DNA of 64,000 nucleotides, taken from Pavona decussata (lineage: Eukaryota). This document shows positions 25,142 through 35,890 of the stretch, in pieces. Below the pieces are notes generated by a model. That model did not search any database. It worked only from the letters and a program-made list of their open reading frames with translations, and was not told where the DNA came from. Each line of letters begins with the position of its first letter. The stretch's first letter is position 1. The DNA is taken from NCBI GenBank assembly GCA_977016875.1, contig CDRNST010000006.1:6758001-6822000 (forward strand), written 5' to 3'. The position numbers and the translations under genes were made by a program.

Positions 25142-28100
25142 ATCCAGGTAGCCGCAATGAGCTCATGAGAGTCGCAGTCAACAACATCTTACAACGTGGA
25201 GAAGGCGGGAAAGGACGTGACCATGGCAACCGGGATAGTAGCAGCAGTGTCAGCGATCCTCCGTACCAGGTTAGCTCGGCCAGTACCCCAAGAGACACCG
25301 AGAGTATCAGAGTGGTAATGCCTGTTGCATTGATCAAGTTAAATATGAATCTTTGTAGTGGAGAGAAAGACAGAAATTTTTACAAATGTCTGTTGTCTGA
25401 CAAACTTGTTGGTCTGTGCGGGTGGACCTATGGAGCTTTCTTGTTGGCTGCTAACTTCTGTGTTGTAGTTTGGTGACATTTTTTGTCAGATAATAAGGCA
25501 TTTTAAAGCAAACACTTTTTATGCTAGAAAGTATTATGTTTTTTTGGAAAATTTTCGCGAAAAAAAAAAAACAATCAGAAATTTATTTTTTGGGGGCAGA
25601 CAATTTAGCTAGCACAGGTTTAACGACATGATTGTGCAAGAAGTCGTACTGCTTCTTTTTAATTTTTCTATAGATTTGTCTCTATGCAATTTCCCGCTGA
25701 CTTCAATCCGGTTGGGGGTTTCTACAGACAGCAAATTGTACGGGAAAATAAAACGTAACTGGGCGCTTTTCAGGGCAGCTGCAGCCCCTAACTTGTTGTA
25801 GTTAACTGATGGCCTTGATATCTAAAGTCTTTAATTGATAAATGTTTATCAAATTACTTTGTTTTTACGAAAATGCTTTGCAAGAATATTTAAGGTGTCT
25901 CCCTAGGGTTTTAAGCTTGCGTGCGAACTTGATGATGCGAGCTTTAGTAATGTGCGCGCGCTAGCTGACGCAAGCTCAAGCAAAACAGCGAAAAAGTCAA
26001 TGGTACAGCTCAAATTATAGTCCTGGGGCAGAAAAACAAAAGCATTTCAAAGAAAACATTCTCTGTCATAGTTTTATAAACCGAAGTATTGTTGTTCGTG
26101 TCTTCAAAGATAACCGAGGTTGCAAATTTCATCCAATTCGCTCGCGAAAACAGGTCCATTGCTGTAAAGTTCACGCATGCCCAAATAGCGATCTTGGCGA
26201 GTTCCTATTCTGATAACGTAATTGCCATTGAGGTGAAAAAAATTTGGAAGACAAGGTTTTCGTTCAGCCAAAAAAACACAAAAATGCTAAAAACGAAAAA
26301 ACTACCTTCACAACCCCTACCTTTTTTGATTTTGAAAGTTTCTTCTTGTCAGACTCTACCCTGTCGGAGCATATGGGAAAATTTTACCAACGAAAATTGA
26401 TGAAAATTAAAATCAAAGCCAAACAGAGGTAAAAAAATGGCGATATTTGAGTAGTTTTAATTTGAGACTAAAAGCCTTGAGTTCAGAGGTGACTGTTGAA
26501 CAGCAAATTTTGGCCCTTGTTTGTTATGTTTCAGTAGCTTTGATTTGGAAAATAGCAAAAAGAACGAGAATATTAACTGAACTTTCGATTGATGTCACTG
26601 GCGCGCGCTTCTTGATCTTGCATAACCCTATTGAGCCACCTTAACATCGGAATCTCGTACACTGGACACTTGATGTGTTCTTGCATGTTTTTCCGTTGTG
26701 TAAATATCAGAAATCTGATTAAAAATATTCCGCAAGTGTACAATGTCTTTTTCTAAAGAATCGCAATTAATAGGATTTACGTGTCTGGATCTTTAAAATG
26801 CGTGAGAGCATCGTTTGTAATGATCTCGGTGTTTGTGCATGTTTCATTTATTCATGACGGTCGACTCTTTCTGGTGACACATATTTGGTGTGAAGAACGA
26901 TTGATCTAAAAGTGTATTTAATTCAATTTACTGTAACAAGAACTAAAAAATGTTGTAGGTACTCTCGAGTGTGTCTTACCTGAACTGAACATTGCAGAAT
27001 TACTTCTTCTAGCTATTTTGCTCGACAGAAATATTACAAACGTGCAAGGCAAGCACAAACACTCCGGAGTGAAATGTGTAACAGCGAAGGCGCCAGCTCC
27101 TGCAAGCCCGACTTCTTGTGAACCCGCAAAGTTTTATTTCCTCACAATAATGTTCAGCATATTTAAATTAAATTAATTTTAACATAAACGAAATCAATTC
27201 GGCAAGTGTAAACCTGAAAAGAAAAACAAAACAACAACAACAACAACAACAAAAACACACTCTACCCAAAAAAGCAGACTAAAAAGTTTCACCAATATAT
27301 TAAGCATTTCGCTAATACAGCTTTTTTTATTAACCAAAACAATATCTTCTGTTGCTTAAAGTATTACGAACACATTAAATTGAATATTTAAACACGAAAT
27401 TTCATTGCATTTTATTAAGTTAAAGATGTTTACACGCGTGTTATAAAAATGCGTAAGTCAGCCTCGTTCCCATGCCATCGTAAAACGGTTCTCAGAGCCT
27501 CGTAATAAATCCCGTTTTTTGGCAACTTCCCCTAATGGGATTTTTTGGGACTTTTGATATGTTATTAAGGATACATTTCTGAGTCTAAAACCGTTGAAAT
27601 ACTTTCTGTTGCAATTAGTGGCAGGTTGGCCGAATTTTCTTCATAAAATGACTGGACTTATTATTTTAAAGTTGGCTGAGCTCAAGTTTTTTATTGGTTA
27701 CTTCTGTCAGAGGTATTCTCACCCCAGTCCCTTTGGGTAGAGGGACGGAAAGACGAAATGTACGAGTACTCGTACATTTTTAAGAGATCAGTTAATAACA
27801 TTAAACAAGAAATTCTAATGGATTATGATTAGAGGTATCTATCAAGTCAAGGGAAGACTTTCCTTTTTTTCGTTAGAATCATAAACACTTACACTTACTT
27901 AGTAATAATAATAATAAAAAAAAACCCTTATAGAAGCAGGAACCGTTGGCGAATGTCTCCCTGCTTTTTAGACTCGTCTGAAATGTTGTTTTGAAAATTT
28001 TCAACAAGTATTTCTATCAGTTTTAAGAACCACAGGAAAAAAGTTTCTGTTTCTTGTAACAACAAAGCATTTAATTTAATGTGGTGCTAGAGAGAAGGAA

Positions 28101-30156
28101 ATTAATGCTTGTTAACGTTTCAATAAATGGTCAAGCTATCCGCAGTGAGGATTTTATCCACAGTCTCACAAGCGAGAACCACCTTGTAAAGCATAGTGTA
28201 CAGCGCAACGGGAAAGAACTGCGTGGTAGTTTTTATTTGGATGGTTAGAATGGTCACGCTTAGGATTCCAACTAAAGACTCAAAATTTATAACCACTTGA
28301 TACAGCGTAATAAACGTTATCACAGGAAAGTACTGCTCAGTTGCATAATCAAAAATGAGAAACACCTGGAGCTTAATTATACAACATCATACTAGTGCCA
28401 CAGCAAATCTTTGCTTAGTAGCTTTCAACTTATTGGTCACTCCTTAGAATTTCAACTACAGAATCAAGGAAGAACTGTCATGTATAGCATCTTTAATAAC
28501 ACCATAGGAAAGTACTGGTCATTACCATTTAAATGGTCACATTTTGGTAGATTAACAAAGACCCAAGGTTATCTCACCTTCCCAGTGCGGATTAGGATTA
28601 AAATATGTTTTACCAGTAAATTGTGCATTTTTCTCAGGATTCTTTCGCTGATGTCAGTGAGAGAGAGCCAGGTGAAGTGAGGCCTCGAGATCCAATGGCT
28701 GTTCTGTTGAACTGCATTCAGAATTACAGGCCGTCAGCGGATAATAGCGCCAGCAAAGGAGAGTTGTTAACAGAGCGTCTGCGCATGCCTAATGGCGGTC
28801 AGGGAAAGACTGAATCAAAGGAACCTGGTGAAGTAGGTTAGTAATACTGTTGGCGATAGTTTATTTATCAGAATTGTTTAAGAATAACACTGAATTACAC
28901 TGAATTTGTTCTTGAACAATTTCGAAAGTAGCTGATTAGCCCTTTCATTCTTGGAGTCAACAAAGAAAAAAAATAAAGATACCGGTTGAGTCTGTGGTCG
29001 GACTACTCAACTAAAAGCTATTCAGCAGTACTTTTTATCTTGGTCGCTTTTTTGAGACGAACTCTTATTGTGTAATTCAAAGTACATCGTTTTTCCATTC
29101 ACCTTTCCTGAAAGACGCCTGCCAAAAATACCAAAAGTGGACACAAAAATGCATAGTTATACGACAAGACGGTGGAGGCGCAGTAGCGTAGTGGTTTGCG
29201 CGCTGGACTTTTCGGATGTTCGGTAAAATATCGGAGGGTTGGTGATTCAACGATAAGTTGTTCTCTGCATTGTCTTCTTGTAACTTTACTCCACATTGTC
29301 TGTCTTCACCCAGGTATGTAAATGGGTACCGGTTACATAACCCTGCAATGGACTAGCATCCCATCCAGGATAGTGAAGAGGAATACAAATACTCCAAGTT
29401 GTTTTATAGTAGAGCTACCCGGCTTAAAGTGCGACTTAAAACAAGTACATCAGGTTTCAATTTTATACTTCTTTTGTAATTTGCAGTCCCAAGGAAACTC
29501 TCTCCAGGTGAAGTCAGGTAATGTGGGAGCCGTCCGGTGCAGTCGGAAATCTTCCTCCTCGTTTACCTGGAAAATTCACATTGGATGACGAACCTGTGGA
29601 TGTGAAGAACACGAAAACTCCGGCGGTACTCGAAGTCTTTCAGAGGAATGCCGACGGAGAGCCGAGTCACGACGAGCTTTCTCTTCATGCTTCGGATTTG
29701 TTGCCGGGAACGCTCGGCACAGATACTTCTTTTCCTACTGCGCAACAAGGACAACAGAAACAGCAACAGCAGCAGCAACAACAACACGCTAAGCCCAGGG
29801 TAGTTCATGTTGAAGAAAAGGACAGTCAACTATCAGAGACAAGTTTACAAAACACTTATTCTGTAGAAGAGTGGAGACAAGGGGCTTCTGCATTGGCTGA
29901 TGATAACAGAGAGGGAACGAAGAAAAATGTTTTCACGAGCGAACAAGATGGATTAGGCTTTAAGGGAGAAAGTAATGGGGCTGCTGAACTTGATAAGGAA
30001 GACATTGAACCTCAACAGCCAACTAGGATCCAAGTTATGCTACCGTCAGTTGATAACAGTGTTCATGAAGAAAGCTCGGTAGCAAGTGATGCACACGCTT
30101 CTGTTGATCAGGATACGTTTGGTGACGTATCTTTCATTTCTGGAGGCGATTTTTGA
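25142..30156 (+). pseudogene. Three-exon fragment of neighbouring gene (TALPID3-like?), copy B, frameshifted
   Basis: Exons 25142-25314, 28638-28836 and 29487-30156. It has +2 nt relative to copy A near 29515 (GAAGTCAGGTAA), giving a stop in the spliced frame. Confidence 0.7.
25491..27663. mobile_element. Unclassified ~2.2-kb insertion
   Basis: Absent at the paralogous sites (~6735 and ~62505). Bounded by a short inverted repeat TAATAAG ... CTTATTA. No recognisable ORF. Confidence 0.6.
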
Positions 30157-32288
30157 GTGCAGTGGAAGCGGTGATAATTATTTATAATAAAAGAGATTGT
30201 TAGAAGCATCAAAACTGTCTCAAGCCTTTGTTTAATTAACATGTTACGAAAGTGGTTTTCAACTTGTTGTAGAGAGTAATTTTGTTTGTTTTAGTTGTGC
30301 CTTGCTTGGTTTTGTGATTAGCTAAAGGAAAACATAACGTGAAGCTAAACTTGAAACTGTTTCAAAATTGATTGCGGTCTTCAACTTGGTGTCGAAAGTA
30401 ATTTTGTTTGTTTTGGTTTTGTCTTGCTACGATTTGTGATTGGCTAAAGAAACTCAGCCATTAATTCAACCAGTTGTAAGGAAAACCAAACGTGAAGCCA
30501 TCGTGGCTTGCTCGCGCGCGTTTTCCCGCACGTGGCTTTAGTTACATATGCTGTTTGTATCTGTTGTGATTGGCTAGAGCGCATCGCCGGATAACTTTGG
30601 TGTTGGTGCTGCATGCGTTACGTGGTTGAAAACCACTGAACAGTGAGGACACCGCATTAGATTTAAACCCACACACGACTGTTCCTCTTTCCACAAACAT
30701 AAATTTTCATCTTATAACTGTCAAATATAAAGGCTATTTTAAACGTATGACTCAGTTTTAACGAGAGCGACAAAGGCACAAGCAACGTGGTTGTAAATTG
30801 GCCGATGCGTCGCTATATCGCCCGTTTAAACTGGTATGAAGCAAGCAAAACGGAAATGGTACTGCCAACTTGTGTTGCTTGCTTCGTAGGTGTAAACCTG
30901 ACGAGCAACGTTGTCCTATGACGCATGCGTTGTTCCTGTTCTCCTTCAGTCCCTTAGAAAGTGGGGAAGAAACCGGGAAGGGGGGAGGGGGAGGGGGGAT
31001 GAGGGGGTATTGTCTCCAAATATAAGGAGTGGGTGATCCAAAAGGAAACGGAAAGAATGAAAAATTCCTCAAAAATCTGAGTGTAAACCCCTCTGAAAAT
31101 TACCCCATCTTTAAAAAGGCTCCCAAATATCTATTTTCATTTTACTTTTGTCCGGATATAAATGTTTTCATTCGACACTCGCATTTTCCAACCTATCATC
31201 TTTCCTTTGTTTTATCACTGTTTTTCGTTGCACTCAACATGATCAATTTCACACGCTCTGAGATGATTAGCAAAATCTTTATTAAAGTATTACTGTCAGA
31301 CTACACAATTTCGTTTCTTTATCATCTACGGATCACAGTTTGTTCTAAATTAAGTTTGGGGTGAAATGCTGCGACCCCGTTTAACACGCTGTGGCATCTG
31401 TGAACGCATCAGAGATGAGCTCCCAACCACCACTGGGTGGTAGATTGGCTTCCCTGTGTGCAGCGGAACTTTGGGTTTACTGTGCGATAGTAGCCAAAGT
31501 TGTCTTCCTGTGTCACTGAACCCGCCTTTGGCTTAAACTGACAGGTAGTGTGTGAACTGTCCGTATGCAGAAAGTGGCTGTTAGCACCCTGCCAAAAAGG
31601 TACCGTTTGGTGGATCCCAATGTGTCCGCGGATGTTGATGTATTCAACTTTCTTGCATTTGTTGTTATCAAGGTAATCGATGACGTTGAAGTCTTTGAAG
31701 CTTCCACGGACATAATCTCTGAAATCGACGCCGTGGGTCGGGTAGCTGCATGTTGCTCGCCAGTGAGTGGAGTGACTCTGTAGGGACTTCATTCGTGCCA
31801 AACTCAGGCGGTACAGATTCCAGTTCTGTGCGTTCTCGTTCACTGGAGAGTTGTACTTGAAAGGAATCTTCCAAAAAGCGGGCAGGTTACGATTTAGAGT
31901 ACTCCAGGACATGACTAGGGTCCAGGCAGTGCCAGGCTCGGACTTGAGATAACAGTAAGCCGGGTAACTGTTTCCGCCATTATCGTAAAGTCTGTAGACA
32001 TAGGCGTACGGGCCGGGGGGGTGAGGGGGGCTGCAGCCCTCCCAAAGTTTGGGCAACTCAGATTTTTTGGGCAGAAAGAGAAATCTGGGCAAAGCCAGTT
32101 TTAAAAGAAGTCTCTGTGTTTTTTTTGAAGAGATAGATATTTTCTGTTTTAACCTAAAGTCGGCGTGGTGAAGCCAATTTAAGACTACAATCGGCGACAT
32201 AATTAGTTGAGACATTGTGTTCCTATAGTAGTTTCACTAGTCCACCAAATAACACCACTCTTTTTTTCGCGCATTAAACTGTCAAAAA

Positions 32289-32883
32289 GACCCCGCTCCC
32301 CCATCCAACTGTTGCTTGTTTGTACCACGAGATCACGGCAATTACCGTACAACTGAACATTGTTTGGGGGGAGGGGGACTGAAAGGACATGTGAGGGGAG
32401 CAAAAAGGGATCACAGTGACGAAATAGGGTGTTAAAAATGTGAATGTGTCAACAATTTTGGCGCCAATTGTAGTTACCTTTATACGAGACAGTTGTTGGC
32501 TAGCGCTTGATGAGCTTCTGGTTATTAAATAGAAGAAAGATCCAGGCAGTTAGTCCCCAACTTAAGCAGTTGCGAAAAGAAGGCCTGACCCGCTCCCCCA
32601 TCCAACTGTTGCTTGTTTGTACCACGAGATCACGGCAATTACCGTAACTGAACATTGTTTGGGGGGAGGGGGACTGAAAGGACATGTGAGGGGAGCAAAA
32701 AGGGATCACAGTGACGAAATAGGGTGTTAAAAATGTGAATGTGTCAACAATTTTGGCGCCAATTGTAGTTACATTTATACGAGACAGTTGTTGGCTAGGG
32801 CTTGATGAGCTTCTGGTTATTAAATAGAAGAAAGATCCAGGCAGTTAGTCCGCAACTTAAGCAGTTGCGAAAAGAAGGTCTGA
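32289..32883. repeat. Two ~298-bp tandem copies inside the hAT element
   Basis: CCGCTCCCCCATCCAACTG...GCGAAAAGAAGG starts at ~32289 and again at ~32587, nearly identical. Confidence 0.9.
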
Positions 32884-32884
32884 A

Positions 32885-32909
32885 AAAATTCAAGCTTGAA
32901 CGGTAATTA

Positions 32910-32942
<33 letters not shown>

Positions 32943-32975
32943 AACTATGTACCAACTGAGCTATGAAGCCAACTG
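32885..32975 (-). mobile_element. tRNA-derived SINE-like repeat
   Basis: The minus strand reads GGCTTCATAGCTCAGTTGGTA (A box) with a degenerate B box (GGGTTTAATTACCG). No intact cloverleaf. Confidence 0.6.
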
Positions 32976-33186
32976 GGAGCTTGTCATATTGCGGGTGAAA
33001 GATCAAATAGAAGAAAGATCCTCGCAGTTAGTACGCAACTTAAGCAGTTGCGAAGAAGGTGCGATCTTATATTTGATCTTTTATCCGCCAGGGCACCCAG
33101 ACAAACGCCATCGCGCCGCCTTCAAGCCCTTGTAGGTGAACACGCACAAAGACAAACGCACCTGTACCGGAATTGCACCTGTACAG

Positions 33187-33376
33187 GAACGATCATTCAG
33201 TGCGTTGCGCAGATTGAAAACTTATCTCCGCAGCACCATGGGGCAACAATTAGTCAGTACTGATCGCACTTATTAACATTGAAAGAGCATATACTAACTC
33301 TGCAGTCAACAATGACATGGATCTTATCATTGATATCTTCGGCCGTCGAAATGGCAGAGACAACTATTCCTTTTAA
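33187..33376 (+). pseudogene. hAT transposase C-terminal dimerisation-domain remnant
   Basis: ERSFSALRRLKTYLRSTMGQQ ... ALINIERAYTNSAVNNDMDLIIDIFGRRNGRDNYSF*. Confidence 0.88.
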
Positions 33377-33975
33377 CGTGTTTTATGAGCTCATACGGAT
33401 AGATTCATAAGTATGAATATTTTCTCTTCATATGTAGGCCTAATGTTAGTGCATCGTATGACCCTCGTTTCTTTTCGATTGTTTCTTAAAAATTTGGCAA
33501 CTTACGAAAATTTTTTGGGCAAATGGTTCACCGCCCCCCCTGGCAAAAAATTGCCCGTACGCCTATGTCTGTAGACGCCACATTTTGAGGCTCCTCTCAG
33601 CAGATAATCCAGGCAGGAGGTTGGACGGAAGAGTTTTCGCTGGATTTTAGTTGATTTAGGACAATCGTCTCCCTAGAAAAAGAAAAAGCAATAAAGAATT
33701 AAAATTATCGACTTTAGTCTGGCACGAAAAATATCGCAACATTCTCCACGACACCAGAAATGTACATATACCAAACATTCGGACTGCCGGTGAGGAGCGA
33801 AATATTCGCGAGCGCGGCATTCGGGAATCAACCCAGTCGACCTGAACTTCTTATTGCTAAAAATTCGGTTGTAATTGCTTTGATTTCCATCTTTTACGTT
33901 TTGAAGATCGTTTGAACTCTCGATCACGACTTTTTCTTATAAAATTTCTTCAGCCCGTCAATGTGAGTGAAATTG

Positions 33976-34181
33976 TGTTAGGTATAGGAACTATAAGTAC
34001 GCGCCTCTCAAGGGACTGGACACGAGATGTGTCGTCAAGACGACAAGTGACGTAAGGAGAAGCCATGTGCGTGCTCGAGAAGCAAAAAGACTCGCGTTGT
34101 GAAAATGAGTTGTGAAACCGTATTTTAATATCGTAAATACTCTTGGAAAACAACAAACAGTGTGGATTTTCTTGTGTAACA
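33976..34181 (+). repeat. 5' LTR
   Basis: TGTTAGGTATAGG...GTGTAACA. One mismatch seen versus the 3' LTR (AACAACAAAC vs AACACCAAAC). Confidence 0.97.
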
Positions 34182-34184
34182 TTC

Positions 34185-34201
34185 TGGGGGCCTGTCCGGG
34201 A
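34185..34201 (+). promoter_or_regulatory. Primer-binding site (tRNA-Pro-like)
   Basis: TGGGGGCCTGTCCGGGA lies 3 nt after the LTR and resembles the Pro PBS TGGGGGCTCGTCCGGGA. Confidence 0.75.
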
Positions 34202-34489
34202 GATTTTTCTCGAAGAAACTTGATGGAAATGTACCCGTTTTGACGATCGATTGCTCACTGTGTGCGAGGACTCGCGTTTGTCGCCGCCATTACGCATTCA
34301 CTTTGGATTTCAATGGACAACGATTTATTAACAGGATTTAACTGGTTGTAGTTGAAGCGGACATTTGGTGTGGACAGTTTGGCAAAAGATAGTGGAGCCT
34401 GAATTTGAGGCCAGGGAAGGTAGGAACATTGTTTTATTGGACTTTGTGCATGTGGAAATCTGTTCGTGTTGTTTACAAGTAAAATCGAA

Positions 34490-35887
34490 ATGGCGGAGGA
34501 ACAACTGATTCTTCTGGATCGCAAAATTTTGTCGCTGGACCTGAGTGCGTTATGTGAATTTGCTCTTCATGCAAAAGTTGAAAAGTCGGCAGTAGAAGGC
34601 AAGGGGATATTAAGTGTTATTCGGTCTATCAGACGAAATATTGAGGATTCATTCGAGAAGTTGTCTGGCGATGATCAAATTGAATTTGTTGAGGGGTTAA
34701 TTGCACAGTTGGGTCCACCACCACTCGAGGGGATAGAAGATCAATACGGCCAAGAAGAATTGGAAGGCAAGGGCGACCTGAAGAAGCTAAAAATAGAATT
34801 GGGTGATTTAGGGTCTAAGCAGCAATTAGTCGAGGAGCAATTGGCCAAAATGCAGAAAGAAAAGTTTCCTGACTCAGTGAAAGACGAAGACACGATCAAG
34901 TTTCCTGCCAAGGGGGTTGCGCAAAGCATATTCCGCAGGGATTTCAAAATACAAGGAGTGGTGGGTGACCCTGGTCAGAAAGATAAACTGGGTTATCAAG
35001 CTCTAATATCCCAAATAGAATCAGGGCTTGCCAAGGGGTACTCAGACAAAGAAGTAGTTAGTGCCGTTGTTCGTGCTGTGCAGCCAGGCCTGCAACTAAG
35101 AAGCTACCTAGAGAACATGACTGACCTAATCCTACCCAGGCTGCGTAAAATTCTTCGCTTCCATTTTCATGAGAAAAATGCCACAGAACTTTACCAGCTT
35201 CTAACAAACATTGCCCAGCAACCCAATGAAGACCCTCAGTCATTTCTGATGAGAGCACTCACTATTAGGCAAAAGGTAATTAGTGCTTCAAAAGAGTCCG
35301 ATAGTGGGGTTAAGTACGATGCCTCCTCGGTGCAAAGTTTGTTCCTGCATGCCTTGGAAACCGGTCTTGCTGACGAAACCATTCGTGCAAAGATAAGACC
35401 ACTCACTCAGAACCCAACAGTCGCAGATGAAGACCTCATTGGAGTAATGAGCCTAGCTATATCTGCAGAAGCCGAGCGAAGTAATAAGTTCAGTTTTACC
35501 AGCAAGGGAAAGTCTGCAAAGGTTCTCACCGTTGAAGGTGCAGTGGAAGCAAAAACGAAAAAGGAGTCGCAGAAGGACTCACAGGTCCTAGCAACACTAA
35601 AAGCTGTACAAGCGGAGCTGGCCACAGTGAAATCAGAAGTTAAAACTCTTCGTGACGTATCAAATAACCAGAAGGCAGACACCATGGCACCTAGTCCAAC
35701 TGGGAGGGGAGCGAGGGCTGGAGCAAGACCACCTGGTTGCCAAGAGTGTAGAATGAATAGGGAAGGTGACCGATGTCCACATTGCTATCTCTGTGGAGGC
35801 TTGAACCATATTGCCCGCTACTGTCAAACCAGGCTCAGAAGCTATCCGGGAAACGCATCCAGGCTACCCCCGCGGGACAGGGAGTAG
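34490..35887 (+). CDS. gag: Gag with C-terminal CCHC zinc knuckle
   Basis: Open ~465-aa ORF from ATG 34490, containing FKIQGVVGDPGQKDKL and CYLCGGLNHIARYC. Confidence 0.9.
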   Translation: MAEEQLILLDRKILSLDLSALCEFALHAKVEKSAVEGKGILSVIRSIRRNIEDSFEKLSGDDQIEFVEGLIAQLGPPPLEGIEDQYGQEELEGKGDLKKLKIELGDLGSKQQLVEEQLAKMQKEKFPDSVKDEDTIKFPAKGVAQSIFRRDFKIQGVVGDPGQKDKLGYQALISQIESGLAKGYSDKEVVSAVVRAVQPGLQLRSYLENMTDLILPRLRKILRFHFHEKNATELYQLLTNIAQQPNEDPQSFLMRALTIRQKVISASKESDSGVKYDASSVQSLFLHALETGLADETIRAKIRPLTQNPTVADEDLIGVMSLAISAEAERSNKFSFTSKGKSAKVLTVEGAVEAKTKKESQKDSQVLATLKAVQAELATVKSEVKTLRDVSNNQKADTMAPSPTGRGARAGARPPGCQECRMNREGDRCPHCYLCGGLNHIARYCQTRLRSYPGNASRLPPRDRE

Positions 35888-35890
35888 CCT
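35848..35890 (+). promoter_or_regulatory. -1 programmed ribosomal frameshift signal
   Basis: G_GGA_AAC in the gag frame, a 6-nt spacer, then the hairpin AGGCTAC...GTAGCCT. pol is in the -1 frame. Confidence 0.8.

Larger units (their letters stand above)
31999..33567 (+). mobile_element. Non-autonomous hAT transposon derivative
   Basis: TIR CATAGGCGTACGGGC / GCCCGTACGCCTATG. 8-bp TSD TCTGTAGA at 31991-31998 and 33568-33575. Confidence 0.95.

Noticed and set aside
31409-32215. 268-aa ORF as a complete gene with a novel N-terminus
   Set aside because: The N-terminal ~72 aa derive from the hAT insertion; the true exon continues at 33576-33672.
32885-32975. tRNA gene
   Set aside because: Degenerate B box and no acceptor stem or cloverleaf; embedded in a repeat, so treated as SINE-like.
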